Source: Lama glama (taxonomy: Eukaryota). Taken from it: a stretch of DNA of 64,000 nucleotides. The DNA lies in the NCBI GenBank assembly GCA_028534125.1, contig CM052817.1:27344001-27408000 (forward strand), read 5' to 3'. The notes beneath the pieces were generated by a model that was given only the letters and a program-made list of their open reading frames with translations, was not told the origin of the DNA and made no database searches. Both the position numbers and the translations under genes were made by a program. Numbering within the stretch: the first letter of the stretch is position 1; each line of letters opens with the position of its first letter. Of this stretch, positions 1 through 13,739 are shown in pieces.

Positions 1-1629
1 GTGCTTCTGCTCACTTCCCATCCATAAATTTTTTTCTTCTCCTTCAGGCAGCCACCTTCTGGGTCAAACTTCCCCAGAACTCCCCCAGGCAGAGTGAGTG
101 GCTCTTGCCTCTCAGTGGAAGGCCTGGTATCCTCATTAAATGCTCCTGGCAAATCCAAATGCACTGAAAGTCAGGTGAGTGCTGACTGTCGCTGGACATC
201 GGCCAATTCCTGGAGCCAGGCTAGAACCCATGCAGATTAGGAGAGCAGTGGTGCACACACGGCAGATACAGGAAATCCCCGAATTCTATTCATTGTGGGG
301 CGTGTTCCTAGAGATATTTTGATAATGTCTTCCTAAGTTCTGAATTTCATAATTGCACTTCTGTTAAAGGGAGTTTGTTTGCTTCATATGCAGGAAACCT
401 AACAAAAACCATTAAAAAAAAAAAAAAGCCTGACAGCTAGAAGAGAAAAGTCACATTGGTGTTAGTTACTGATTTTCCAAAGAGGTCCAGGTCTTCTCTG
501 CTGCACTTGCAAATCTTTCTGAGATATCCTAATCCTTATTAAAATTTTTGAAAGCAAGTATTTATTATAGAAAATATATTAAAATAGTAAGTTCACCATA
601 TGCAGTCTCAGTTTACATGTTGATATCTCAACCTAGTCTTTTAAAGAAATTGAAGATTATACGGATGCTTTGTATCTATTGCATTTTAAATACCTGGCAG
701 TATAGGTATCTGGGTTCATTGGAAACTCAAATGAGCCCCAAATGAGCGTTACCTTCATTTTCTGTGAACTCCAAATCCAGCATCATGTTGCCTTTTCCCT
801 ATGGGCTGTAAGGGAAGTAAACCAAGGAGATTGGACAGAGCAGGGGGCTTCTCACTACCTGTCTGGTTTCCCTAGAGAACCACTAAGTACCATCCTCCAA
901 GCCAGAGAGCTGCACGCTGCTTCACAGTGGCCCAGGGAAGGAGATGAGCCACTTTCTAGTGGGAAATGACAGCTAAGGGAAAGGTAGCAAGAAGGTCCAT
1001 GCGTGTCCTCTGAAGACAGGAGAGAAAGACCTGGGTGAGGCACTGACGTGTCTCAGGGGGCTCTCAGGAATGAATTGCTGACCCCTCCCCTCTCACTCCT
1101 GCCCGTCCTTCCCAAGGTGCTGCCTTGGGCTTAGGAAGCCTTTTCTATGTTCTCTGGAACCTTCCATCTGCTAGAGCCTAGAGCATGTGCCTGGTCTGAA
1201 TGTACTTTCCCACTGAAGCGTTGTTCTGCTCAGTGGTTAGGTTCCGTAGTGTAGTTAGGACTCCTCTTCGGGTACGTTTTGGATTAAGTTAGCTTTTCTG
1301 GCCCAAACTGAGGACCACCATGCAAAGATTATTTCTGTGAGATAATTACAAATGATGACTTACAAGCCACCATCTTACAAAAGAGCTTTTGATACATAGC
1401 TTGCACCTAAGTTTGAAGCAGCCTGTATATAAGTGTCAAGCTGGCAATTCCTATCAGTAGCTAAACAGCAATAATTGCAATTACCTTTTTTTTTTAACCA
1501 TCTCGCATGTAACTGGCAAGGGCTATAAATACACACCGTGTCTGTTTTTTACGGGTGTAATGGATGAAGAAACTGTTCTTCATTTCATCCTCTGCGGTCC
1601 CTTCTTGACTTGAGTTGACAGTAATGTCA

Positions 1630-1860
1630 ATAATAATGCATAACTCCCATATGAGTGCCCAGAAGGTGCTGGACCCTAGGCTGTGTTCTTAGTATATAGT
1701 TTCTGTAATGCTGACATCCCTATAAGGTTGGTGGCATCCCCCACCTCACAGATTAGAGATTCCAGAATCGGAAAGGTTGGGAAACATGCCCCAGGCCACA
1801 TAGCTAATAAGCAGGTAAGGCTGGGATGCTAAACAGAGTCCTCCTGACTCCAAAGCTTTT
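1630..1860 (-). mobile_element. MIR SINE remnant (approximate bounds)
   Basis: Degenerate reverse MIR core: ...cctcacagattagagattccaga...atgccccaggccacatagctaataag...ctgactccaaagc. Confidence 0.6.
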
Positions 1861-2779
1861 GCACTGTGTTCCGTGATAGAGTTGTTCTTCTCTCATTTTC
1901 ATTGTTTGATTAGACATTTTTTCATAAACAGACCTCTGTTTATGTGTATCTTGAACAAATCCATCTATTTGATAGATGGTGAAGATGAATCCTGGAGATA
2001 AGATACTTCTGTTGTAAGTCCTTATTATTTCATCTACTGGAATGTCAACTCCATGAGGATGGGAAATTTTTGTTGTTGTTTTTCATTCTTGTAAGTGCCT
2101 AGAATATAGTACTTAATTTGTTTTCAATATTTAGTGAGCACCTACTACATGCCAGGGCCCCTGCTACCCCCTGGCGGTAGAGACCATCCTGGGCCTGCCT
2201 TCACCTTACCTTTGGAGGAGAAGGAAAGGGAGAAAAGTACAAGGTCTTCTTCAGAGAAGAGGCCCCAGCTGGGGAGGGCAAAAAGTGCAGGCCTCCACCT
2301 CACGCCCCTGGGGAGTGTTTTCATACAGAGGGCAGGCCCGCAGATGAGTGAAATGGGAAGCCACTGGGCCAAGAACAAGGAAGACTAAATGCATAGTAGT
2401 TACATAAACAGCAGTATAAATCTATATATTAATACTAGTCAAGCACAAAGTGGACTCTCTTAGGAACTTTATGTTCCGTACCTGTGTTGCATTGAGACTC
2501 ATGTTACAGCACTTTCCCGAGAGCCAGAAATGGTAACTTTCCATCAGTAGCACTTGAGCATTGACCTCCGGGACTTTGCAATGGTTGTCTCTGAGGTGGC
2601 CATTATTTTTCCCTTGAATTTGATGAAACTGGTTTTGCGAGTGAAGCCACAACCCTATGGAGTTGAGTACACTATTACAAATTCAAAAACCTTTTCTCCA
2701 GACTTGGGGGAGAAATTTCAAGTGTACATAAAAGTTAAAAAAGAAAAAAAGGCACCGTGAACACCTGAGTAACCTGGAA

Positions 2780-2992
2780 CAGGGCCAGGGGACTGCAGCC
2801 TGTGGGCCCAGTCCAGCCCAACGCCTGCCTTGGTAAATAAACTGAATAGAAATGCAGATAACTCCCATTTGTCTATGTATTTGTCTGGCTACAATGACAG
2901 ACAAAGCTGAGTCATTCTGATGGAGACCACCAGAGGCCCACAAAGCTATATTCACTATCTGGCCCTTTATAGCAAAAATTTGCCAACCTTTG
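2780..2992. mobile_element. hAT-Charlie MITE, MER58A-like (approximate bounds)
   Basis: ...gcctgtgggcccagtccagccca...cctgccttggtaaataaa... and end ...cccacaaagctatattcactatctggccctttatagcaaaaatttgccaacc resemble the MER58 consensus as recalled. Confidence 0.65.
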
Positions 2993-4654
2993 AGATCTAG
3001 ATTCACTGATTGCTAATATCTTACTGTATCTGCTTTATCTCTTTCTCCATAAGAGGCAGACATCATCCCCTCTCTCTCTCTCTTTTTCTCTCCTACACAT
3101 GCACACGTACGTATTTTTTCTTGAACCATTTGAAATTATGTTATAGTCACAACTTGTCCCTAAATAATTCATACGTTCCCTTAAAAATAAAGGCATTCTC
3201 TCATATAATCACAATGCCATCATCATCATGCCTAAGAAAACTAACATTCATTCAATTATATCATCCAACAGCAATCCATATTTAAATTGGATTTTTATAG
3301 CCTTATTTGCTTTCCTGTTTTTGGATCTAGGGCCCAATCAAAGGTCAGACGGTGCATTTGGTCATCATGCCTCTTCAGTCTCCAACTTTTGTTTTATCAT
3401 GCATTGACTTTTTTGAAGAGTCCTTTAAAAACTTCTTTTGAAGCCTAATTCTTAATGAGTTTGCAATACTACATTAGTAAGAGCTGAATAGAATAGTCAC
3501 TGTGGTGAATCAGTGTCTCCACTCCTTCTACCCCAGGATTGAGACGCTGTTGTGTTACTTGGCTTCTGAAGCTTAGACACTAAGACATTAGTCTTGCTTG
3601 GAATTGAAATGTGGAAAAAACTCAGTGTGAAGAGCAGGGCAGATGGGAATTTGCAAGATGCATCTTCTGTAATTAAAGGCACAGTCCTCCCGCCTGCTCC
3701 AGTCACCGCCCCTGTTAGCTCTTGGCTGGGGGGGCTCTTCCTTCTGGCTTTTCTCCTGACTGGGGTCTGGCTCCCCTCCAGCATCATCAGGTTACAGCAA
3801 GGAACTGGAAGGAGACCTGCAATTCTTTAAATCTCCTAGTCTAAACTGTCCAGCCTGGCTGGCAACGCAGTGCTTCTGTGTTTGCAATCTGTGTGCTGAA
3901 GACAGCATGGCGCTCAGGGGCATACCCAGGAATGCACGTGGGGAGGGCACCTTCCTGTCTCTCTTGAGGATCTAAGGTGCCAGTCATGGGCTTCTTACGG
4001 AACCACACGGTGGTCACAGGTCTGCTCCTTTCATTTTGGTCCCAAATGATTCCTAGAGAGTTCCAGGACCCACCCTTTGCTTTCCTCTGGACAAGAATCC
4101 CTCAGAGCTCAGAGGCCAACCAGAAAAGATAGCTGCATGCCCTAGAAAGAACTCACCTGAACATCTACAAACCCCTGGAGGTGGGAGGGAAAAATAGAGA
4201 AACTCCACGGAGAAACTGGATAATTTTAAAATGTGCAGAGTTACTGTAGGAGAGACTGGCTAAGGTGTGGATGACTTCAGACCATGAGCAGCTCACTGTC
4301 AGTCTACAGGAGGTCTTATGAATGGTGGCAATTGCCTATTGAAAACATCCAGGGGAACAGGAAAGAAAACCTTCTGGAATGGGCCACCCTCCAAGGGGGG
4401 GAGACACTGTACTATCTCCTCATTGGTCTCCCTGTCTCCTGTCTGGTTCCTCCCAGGTCCTTCCTGCACACTGTCTACCTCCCCCAGGTCTACCCCCAAC
4501 AGTCTACTTATGCTGCAGATCTGGGCGTTCATTCCTCAGATCCTTGCCCCGCAGTGACAACCACAGACTGCCTTCCGTGGCCTTCAAAGTCCCCATGATC
4601 AGCCCCTGACTCCATAGCCTCAGATTTGAGGCTTGAGTTCTTTATAGATCCCAT

Positions 4655-4870
4655 GTTTTTTTGAACCTCCATCCTTTGCTGGCTGTGTGGCCTTGGGCAA
4701 GATGCTTAATTGTTCTGTGCCTCACATTGCTCATCTGTAAAATGAGGATAATAGTAGCACCTGCCTCATAAGGCTGTGCAGGGATTAAATGAGTTAATAT
4801 ATGTAAAATTCTTAGAAGAATGCTTGGCGTGTAATAAAGGTGATATAAAGATTGGCAATTTATTGCTATT
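4655..4870 (+). mobile_element. MIR SINE
   Basis: Well-preserved core gctgtgtggccttgggcaagatgcttaa...ctgtgcctca...tcatctgtaaaatgaggataatagtagcacct...gattaaatgagttaatatatgtaaa. Confidence 0.85.
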
Positions 4871-4890
4871 GCTCTTGTTTTGAGCCTGGA

Positions 4891-5363
4891 TGTATTAATT
4901 TTTTTATTGCTGCGTAATACAATCACTGTAAACTTAGCATCTTAACTCAACACCCATTAATTATCTCAGTTATTATGGACATGGCATGACTGAGTTCTTT
5001 GCTCAGGGTCTCATAGTGCTGAAACTGAGGTGTTGGTGGGGGCTGAGGTCCTACCTGAGCTTCTTCCAAGCCTCTTCCAAGCTCATGTTGTTGTTGACAG
5101 AATGCATCTCCTTGAACCCACAGAACTCCTAGCCGGCAGGAACTCTGACTTTACTTTCTTTTAAAAGCTCCCATAATCAGGTCAGGCCCAATCAGAGCAT
5201 CTTTCTTTTGACCAGCTCAAAGCCAGCTGGTTAATGACATGATCAAGAGTGATATTCCATCACAGGCACAAGTTCTACTCACATGCAAGAGGAGGTGATT
5301 GTACAGGGTGTGTCCACAAGGTGGTGAGATTCTTGGGGGTCCTCTTAGAATCCTGCCTACACA
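4891..5363 (-). mobile_element. MaLR solo LTR (MLT1 family)
   Basis: Begins tgtattaattttt...attgctgcgtaa, contains cacccattaattatctcag and ends cttagaatcctgcctacaca; TG...CA termini, about 470 bp. Confidence 0.7.
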
Positions 5364-6395
5364 CTGGTAATTGGGAAATACTGTGCTTCTTGTTCACTTT
5401 GTTGAATTGCACATGGGTGAATATATGATTCATTTACCACTGCCATCATTTCAGATTTTCGTAGCATCTTTTCTTAGAGCATTTAGATGGACTCCCCTTG
5501 ATCAGAGCCAGCCTTGATCATTCCTTTCTTATAGTTTGAACTACCTGATGGGCCAGTTAACTCGTCAGAAGTCTTTTAGGAAGAGGATAATAGAGACTTG
5601 TAGCTGCTGATATCCTGGAGTTCCAAAAGGATGACTCACAATGTGCAGTCCCTTCCAGAGCCCTTTGTTTATTCTTAATGACTTCCAGTAGATGAAGACC
5701 AGAACCGTCCTCAACTGTAAATTGTGCCTGCCACTCTGCCAGTTCAAAATAAATTTGTACCTGCTGGAGAGATTTATTTTACTAGGAAGAATATCTTTGA
5801 CATAATTTTTGAAAGATTTCCAGGCCTCCTCACTTTTCGCTTTCCAATTAAGTCTAGATTTTTGTCCCATTTAATTCAGTTCATAGTCCACAAAGAGGTA
5901 TTATTGGGCAAAAGCCACTGATGAAGTATGTATTTTTGAAGATCACTTAAAAAGAAAAACTTGTCAAAGGTGAAAGTTGGGTCGTAAAACCTATTTTTAA
6001 GGAAAAAATACCAATTTTGGACGAGATTCTAGGCAGTAAGACATGGGCAAAACTTTAAAGCAATGGGGGTCCTTGGGTTTTGAGTACCATTCCCCTCAAA
6101 TTGCCAAGTTCTGCTTTTCAGTGGCATTTAACTTGCAGTTTTAAACGGATGTGTTTAGGTAGAGGGGAAAACAAGAATTTAAATAGCTGTGGCTTTAGAA
6201 GTTTGAAGTGTCTGTTTACTCCAGCATTTCCTAAGCAAGTATGATTTTTATTATCCAACAAGCCATGACTCACACCTGACTCTCACTGCCTTAGTAACTG
6301 ACATGTCTCTAGTCATTTGGACTACTAAGAAGAAAGGCTGGTTCATAAAGATAATATAAGATAATATAGACTCAGATTTCTTTTCTTCCTTCCAG

Positions 6396-6502
6396 GACAA
6401 TATCATATTATTCTTGAGAGGTTGTAAAGAGCTCGGCCTTAAAGAATCTCAACTTTTTGACCCGAGTGACCTGCAGGATACGTCCAACAGAGTAACAGTC
6501 AA
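6396..6502 (+). CDS. LIMCH1: LIMCH1 exon, CH domain ([36 protein letters not shown]), 107 nt, phase 0-2
   Basis: Acceptor ttttcttccttccag, donor AA|gtaagt; translation is a CH-domain segment. Confidence 0.97.
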
Positions 6503-7608
6503 GTAAGTAATGCACGATTTATGTCTAAGGGAAACCCATTTATGGTTAGACTTGCAGGTTTCTCATGATGCTGTAAGGTCTGAGAGGCAGAGAATTGGGC
6601 ATGCCTAATAAAATAAAAATGTGGAGGTAAAAATTCATCTTTCAAAACAGGATGCGTTGGCCTTCCCTTGTGCATAGCCTTCATTCTGATTAAACATAAT
6701 TTTTTGAAATGCAAAAATCGTGCATGTAGAGTTAGAATTTTAGAAACAAGGAGAGAAAAATGTTAGGTGAAACTTAACAGAGGGAGAGGCAAGAGAGAAG
6801 TCTACACAGAATCTGTTCGGGTTAGACAAAAAGCTTTTATTGGCTCCAATTGGGCATGTGAATAGGCTCTTGGAAGACTGCAAACTCAGTAAACAGATCT
6901 GAACCCTGTTTACTATGCAAAGAAGGCAATATATTATGGAGAAATCTCTTCTTCATTTACATTTGTAACTGTTTTCACATATGTGTGAGTGATCAAGTTG
7001 TTTGAAGATGGATCATTAGCCATTTGGCTATTGTTGACTGTATCTATTCAGGGGGCCCGGTTTGGGGCCAAAGAATTCTTGGGAAAGAATGTTATAGTAA
7101 AGGAAAAGCAATGTGCTTCTCTATAAAGAAATAGCTCATGACCAGCGTAATGAGAAGAAAAGTCCTTATGAGATGGTAGAGATAACTTTCCTGTAATTTA
7201 GAAGTCCTTTAGACTCTACCAAATTCATATAAAACATTTTCCAAATTAGTCAAACAATATTTGGCATGAATATGCTTTAATAATAAGCTTAATTACATAG
7301 ATAGGGTCTTTGGATTGGCTACATATCTCCTTTTCATGACTTTTGGGTTATTTTATTATGAAAGGGCAGAAAAGGGAGAGAAACCAAAATTCAGAGCTGT
7401 TAATTTTTCACTATTTGCCGATACTGACTTTTTTAATGCTGAGGGAAAATAATTGGGAAAAAAAATGGAAACTACTAAATGAAATCAAGTTGGAGTTGAT
7501 ATTGTATTTTATGATGCATGACTGGGAATAAGGCATAGTCAGCCACAATTCTCTTAAAGTCACTCCTCTGTTGTCAATGTGCCTTTTGGGGGGGCGGGGG
7601 CCGGTGGG

Positions 7609-7878
7609 GAGTATAATTGACATATACCATTATATTAGATTCAGGTGTACTACATAATGATTCAATATTTGCATATGTTGCAAAATGTTCACCACAATAA
7701 ATCTAGTTAACATCTGTTACCACATAAATTTTATTTTTCTTGTGATGAGAATTTCTAAGATCTATTCTCTTAGCCACTTTGAAACATACAATCCAGTATT
7801 ATTAAGCATAGTCGTCATGCTGTACATTACACCCCATAACTTGTTTGTCTTATAACTGGAAGTTTGTACCTTTTGACT
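7609..7878 (-). mobile_element. L1 3' end fragment (approximate bounds)
   Basis: gtataattgacata...caggtgtactacataatgattcaatattt...aagatctattctcttagc...tattattaagcatagtcgtcatgctgtacatta...ttataactggaagtttgtaccttttgac is a reverse L1 3' UTR. Confidence 0.8.
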
Positions 7879-8331
7879 TTTCTTTAATATTTCTCATGGA
7901 AAAATTTTAGTTAAGGGCAAAAATAACAGAAGAAAAATTACTATGTTCAAATATGGAAACCACCCTTAACTTCATTTTAGTCCTCACATGCTCCATTTAT
8001 TTCTGTACTTAAATCCAGCCTCTATAAATCATTATTCATATTAGGAAATTGTTTCAGGTTCTGCCTCATCTCACATTCATAGTTTCACCTGGGTGGCAAG
8101 TGATCAGAAACAATAGTAACTGTGTGACATGGTAGGTAATAATTAGTCACACACACATTGCTTTGGGGGGTGAAGGAAAGTTCATTTTGACAGTGTTGGC
8201 AGCTGCATTTTTTTTTAAGAGCCACTCTAAATCAATATGTTACTAAACCAGAAGACTTCTGAGACTGGTTGGTTTTAGAAATTCCAGAAATCATATTACC
8301 TTTATTGCTTATCTACACAAACTGAGCATCA

Positions 8332-8612
8332 AGTACAAATGAACTTATTTACAAACCAGAAACAGACTCACAGACATAGAAAACAAGCTTATGGTTACCA
8401 AAGGGGAAGGGGGTAAGGAAGGCTAAATTGGGAGTTTAGGATTAACATACACACACTACTATATATAAAATATGTAAACAGCAAGGACCTACTGTATAGC
8501 ACAGGAGAGTCTATTCAATATCTTGTCATAACCTATAATGGTTATAGGTTTTTTGCTGAGCACTTGAAACTAATGTAACTTTGTAAATCAACTCTGTTTC
8601 AATTAAAAGAAA
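8332..8612 (+). mobile_element. 5'-truncated cetartiodactyl-type L1 3' end with target-site duplication
   Basis: tacaaatgaacttatttacaaaccagaaacagactcacagacatagaaaacaagcttatggttaccaaagggg...aaggacctactgtatagcacagg...gtaaatcaact, A-rich tail. Flanked by acaaactgagcatca (8317-8331) and acaaactgggcatca (8613-8627). Confidence 0.85.
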
Positions 8613-8904
8613 ACAAACTGGGCATCAGGAAATATGGGGTCCCCCCTACATCTGCTGCTCCCTAGATCTACAATCCTAGGCAAGCTCCCTTGCTTCAGTA
8701 GGGTTGTGTCTTCATCAATAAAATGGAATTGGACAGAATGTTCCTTCAGATATGATTCTAGCTAATGCTTGCTCATGCAGATCTGGGAAGATGGCTAAAC
8801 CAACTTCTAAAGAAAGAGACTTTAATTTAAAGGCACAGAAAGCAGCCTAAAGTCACTTAGACCAGTGGTACACACAGTCAGTTCTCAATTACTGGACCAG
8901 CTTT

Positions 8905-9075
8905 GCCTTCTCCTGTGCTTTTCTCTGTCTTTTTTCTTTATCTTTCTCTCTGCTTCTTTGCTCCATCTCCTTCTCTTCCCTGTGCCTCCCTTCCCTTCTT
9001 TATCTTACTTCCCGTCTATCTCCCTTTTTGCATTTCTTCTCTCATTTTCTTCCCTTTTAAGTTTTCCCTTCACTT
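8905..9075 (+). repeat. CT-rich low-complexity tract
   Basis: About 170 bp dominated by pyrimidines on the + strand. Confidence 0.7.
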
Positions 9076-9129
9076 GAGTATTACTATTTTCGTTAAACAA
9101 CACTTCTCCATCACCTTCCCCTATGACTA

Positions 9130-9700
9130 TCATTTTTCATTCCTTCATTCAACAAGTATTTACTGAGCAGCTACTATGTGTCAGATGCCTTCCAGTAACT
9201 AGAAAACGCGCTCCTCATTCACATAGAATTTATACCCTTTGACAAGTAAATAAGTAAATTTTTTTAACTGCGGAGAGTAGTAAGTGCTAAGGAGAAAGTA
9301 AAATAATAATGAAATAGATGATGTAAAAGATAGTGACCATTGCAATATGTGCATTTATCAAATCATTGTGCTGTATACTTTATACTTAGATAATGTTTTA
9401 TGTGAATTATATCTCAACAAAACCAGGGGGGATAAAAAAGAAAGGTGGTCAAGAATGGTCTCTCTAAAGAGGTGGCATTTCAGGTGAGGGGTCACACATG
9501 AATGAGAAGCAAGAACCATGCAAAGGTCTACAGGATGTTCAGGGTGGAGGAAGGGCAGGTAGAAAGGCTGGGGAAGAGAAACAAACTTGATGTCTACAAA
9601 GAGAAAGAAGAGTAGTCGGTGTGGTAAAGGTAATGGGCAAGGATGAGCCTGGTGTGAGGTGTGGTCCACAAGCATTGTAGGAGATTGACTTTGGAATAGT
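9130..9700 (-). mobile_element. L2 remnant, with a short nested plus-strand L1 3' tail at about 9335-9430
   Basis: cattccttcattcaacaagtatttactgagcagctactatgtg is the reverse L2 3' end. Insert atcaaatcattgtgctgtatactttatactta...tgtgaattatatctcaacaaaaccagggggg resembles an L1M tail. Confidence 0.65.
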
Positions 9701-11754
9701 TATGGAGAAAAAAATTTTATTTCACTGTATGAATATTTAGAAGAGCATGAAAAACTTTATATTAAAAATTATACCATAAATTCGTTTACGGTACTTAGAA
9801 ACTCTAGTACTAGGGAGGATTTGGGCACGGAATGAGCTATCTGCTTCGCAACTTTTCTGTGAGTGATGTTGGTTTAACTTGCTACTGTCCAGGGCACGTT
9901 TGTAACATCTACATAAATTGTAGATTTCATAGCTATGGTAGATGAAATTAGAGCGGCAATGTTTCTCTGCTTTCCCCTCTGAAAGTTAAGCCAAACATTA
10001 GCAGAGATGGAGAGCGCCTGACTGACACCAGTTAATAGTGTAAGGAATAAGGTAGAGGGTAGATCTCAAAGAGGAAATTTAGATGCCTTTCTGAAATTGT
10101 CTTTTTAAAAATACTCTTTAGATGAGCTTTCATTGAGGGTAATTTTTCTTAGTTTTTTTGTTTTTTGAGAAGTAACTTGAGTAGACTATAAAGAAAAAAA
10201 AAGAAAAGAAAAGAAAGAAAAAGAGAGAGAAAGAGATCACCTGCAAGTGATGACTGTGTGTAATTTCGTGACCTCTACCTGTAAGGGGTGCCAGACAACC
10301 CTGATGGGAAATGTAAACGCCATCCAGCAGGGCTTGCAGCAAATACCATGCCAGGGAATCGCAGCAATTGAATGAAAATGAGGAAAGCCTTTGGATTGCT
10401 CCCAAGAATGTCTCTGAAAAATTTCAAAGCATTTTCACATAATTCGTTGTTATGTGAAAGTCATTCAACAAATATTTTGTAAGCTCCTACTATGTGCCAA
10501 GAATAACTTTTTTAGAACTGGGTCACAATTTTAGTCAAAAAACGTTTATTGTCAGTGCAGAAAAAGTTTTATGGTCCCTGTTCTTAAGTTGTTTTTCACA
10601 AAATTTCAAATCTTTTTTAGATTTTTGTTTGTTTTCATTTGGGTTTCTTTTGTTTTTGTTGTTAAATTTTAAAAAATCCTAGCAAATATCTCAGTAGATA
10701 ATGACATTCTTTATGTTAACGGGGGAAAGATGAAAACATTCTCTTAATCAAATCCAAATTGGACCACTACTTCTTTCAATCTGTCTCTGTTGATGGTTTA
10801 TCTCCTTAGTATACACTATGTCTTCTACTCCCTTAATTCTCAATTGACTTAAAGTTGTGCATCTGTTCATTAATATATACTTTGGATCAGAATATGCAGC
10901 AAGAAAGTAATTGGGATCTATATACATGATGGAATTCTTGACTGGCTTATAGTGGAATTACATTCTACACCTCCCTCACCCCCCCAGTCCCCCACAGCCA
11001 GCCTCCAAGCTAAAGTTTTGTGGAAAAAGAAATGCTACATTTATTTTCCTAGTATTTGTTGACACGTTAAAGGAACTTTGGGATACTTTGGGAGAAATTT
11101 TTACATTTCAATGTATGAATATTTAGAAAGTACCATCCAGTAGCTTTTTTTGTTTATAATTTAAGAATAAACATTTATGTATATTTAAGAATGCATATGT
11201 GTATATTTGAACATAGCATGCATATTTTCCTGCTTATGGCTAATTCCCAATGCTAATTTACGTCCATAGCAGAAAAGAGCACATATTTGGACAGTGTTGC
11301 CTCTTCTACGTATATTTTCTGGTCCATTTAATTAAGGTTTTAGACCTTTGTTAAAAGTACTTGTATAAAGAAGATTTTGGAAGTGCAGTCAGATTTAACT
11401 TGACAGTGATATATATAGCAAGGCAAAATTTTCCTTTAACAACTAAGCTTTGAGAATACAAATATAAACAGTCCTAGTTTTAAGTGGAATTCTTCATTTT
11501 CCAGATGTTACAAAGCATTCATCTTTCCATGGTGTACTACGGAACTTTAATCCCACCTTATCCTTCTATGTTTTGTTTTCTAAACAATTTTATTTAGTAC
11601 CTGGAATCCTTAATCATGGACCTTAAAAATAATGTATTCCGCTGACTTCATGATACTTGTTAGCTTTCAAGTACTCCTTAGAGGTGTTGAAGGGAAGATC
11701 AGAGTAAGGAAATGGCTATACTGATCATGTTTTCTTTTCCTTTTCCTTGATTAG

Positions 11755-11785
11755 GAGCCTTGATTATAGTAGGAAGCTGAAAAAT
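11755..11785 (+). CDS. LIMCH1: LIMCH1 31-nt micro-exon ((K)SLDYSRKLKN), phase 2-0
   Basis: Acceptor ttttcttttccttttccttgattag, donor AAT|gtaagt; bridges the phases of the flanking CH exons. Confidence 0.93.
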
Positions 11786-13739
11786 GTAAGTGTTTTAACT
11801 TCACTTTCCAAACTTTTTTCCTTCTCACTTTGATGGTTCAATGTAGCTCATAAGTTGAATGCCTCTTGAATGCCTTGCTAGAAAGAATCTTTCTTAGAAA
11901 ACGAGAATATATGCCTCTAACAGAATAATTCACGATTGTGATGGAAATAAAAATGGTAGACTGGGGGTGGGGACGATTCTCTAAGATAAGAGCTCAATCC
12001 TGAAATAAACAAATGAAAGCTCACGCTCTGTTTGTAATTTGGTTTCTTAAACACAAAGTGCTCTATCTCAGCACTAACGTTAGTGCCTTCCCGTTGGTAG
12101 GCACAGATGGGGCCATTAAATTAAGCAGATGAGCAAGTTGTTTTGGGGAAGAGATCAGCATAATATAAATAATGTTGACTGTCGTCGGCCTGTGCCTTTT
12201 GTGTATTTTCTTATTAATCTTTTGAGTTTTTATTAGTACTTCCCCAAATCAACTTTTAAGAGTTAGATCTGATTTTCCAAAGGCAAGTATGTCAGTGCTC
12301 TTTTACTTCAAGTTTAAGTTGAAGAATGTAAGAAGCGGCTTCTGTATATAAAATTTTTAAATTGGCTGTGACCCTCCCCTTTAAAAAAAATTTCCAGACC
12401 GCTGTTATATTTGAGTGACATTCTCATTGTTATCTCCTTTTTCTTCCTCTGTAAAACCAGGGATATAGGCCATTTTTCATCATACAGTTTTAAACAGAAA
12501 ACCTACCATCTAACACACATCACGGTTCTGTCGTCCATTCTCCTACTATTCTTCTCAAGGGGGCCTCATACTCTTAGCACATATTAGTTATTTTATGGTC
12601 CTAGTTCATGTCCTGACATTTGCAATTGTCTGTTCACTGGAAATTTATTTGTAAGCAATGAGTTAAAGAAGAATTTCTGGAAGTTCTGAAGGATTCCTGA
12701 AGTAACATTTTCCCACAGAGGCAGAAAACCAAATGACACCATAGCGCCGATGCACAGAACCGTATTGTGGGCCTGCTGCTGTCTGGAAGCGTGAACACAA
12801 ATCATGTTGTCCAAAGCATTTTCTGGCCTCGCTAGTGGAGGGAGGTACAAGAAATACTTCCCAGCCTGGCTGAAGCAAGAAGGCCAAATGTGAAAACAAA
12901 ATAATAGTCTTAGCATTTTCATAGGCTTCCAGTCCCAATAATTCAGTTTTAAGGAGGTCATCTTCAGCTGACCCCTGCTGGGTTCTGTGGGAAAGTCAAT
13001 GTAAAGACTATTTGTTTGCCTTTGTGGACAGTTTCTTTGGAAAGACAGAACAAAGTTCACTTTGGACTGTAGCTTCAGACCAGTGAATATTCACAGACAT
13101 CCTTAGACGTCCAGGGATGTTAATTGGCAGTAGCCTTGTCCAGGCTAAAACTTTCCCGTCGCAGATGAGTAGGACTCTAACTGTACCCCAAAGCTACATA
13201 GCTGCAGATTGCATTCCTCATTACCTTGCTCCGTTCTGACTTTAATTAGATATATTGTGTTGCTCTTGTGCTGGAAACCACTAATTAACCTTGATCACTC
13301 CTTTGAAAACGTTTTGTGCCCACAAATAGAAGTCACGGGCCTTTAAAAGCACCTCTTGCAAAAGGAATTGACAACCTGTTTCATTGTTTGGGTAAGGACG
13401 CCAGAGCTTCTGAAAAATTTGGCTTCCTGGTTTTGAAACTTTCATGACACGGAAATAATCTTAGAGGATGTATTTTTCCTTCTTGCTGTCTTGTAGGTCA
13501 CATTCTCACAACCCAATTTTTTCTAAAACCGGAGTCTTATTTCAACTGCTGAGTCGTGTTGGTGTTGACTGACGCAGCCTTGGGTTCTTATTAAAATGGT
13601 TTTGCATGGAATGGTTACCTCTTGGATGGTGGTTTTTGTAAATTAATGTTGTACAGCCTCTCCCCCTGCTTTCCTGCTCGGAAGCAGTACTGACCCGTTA
13701 GCTTAGAAGTAATTCTTCGTGCGGGGTTCTGTTTCCCAG

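Noticed and set aside
12593..13060. 155-aa minus-strand ORF
   Set aside because: No recognisable protein similarity, non-ATG start and no exon structure; consistent with a chance intronic ORF.
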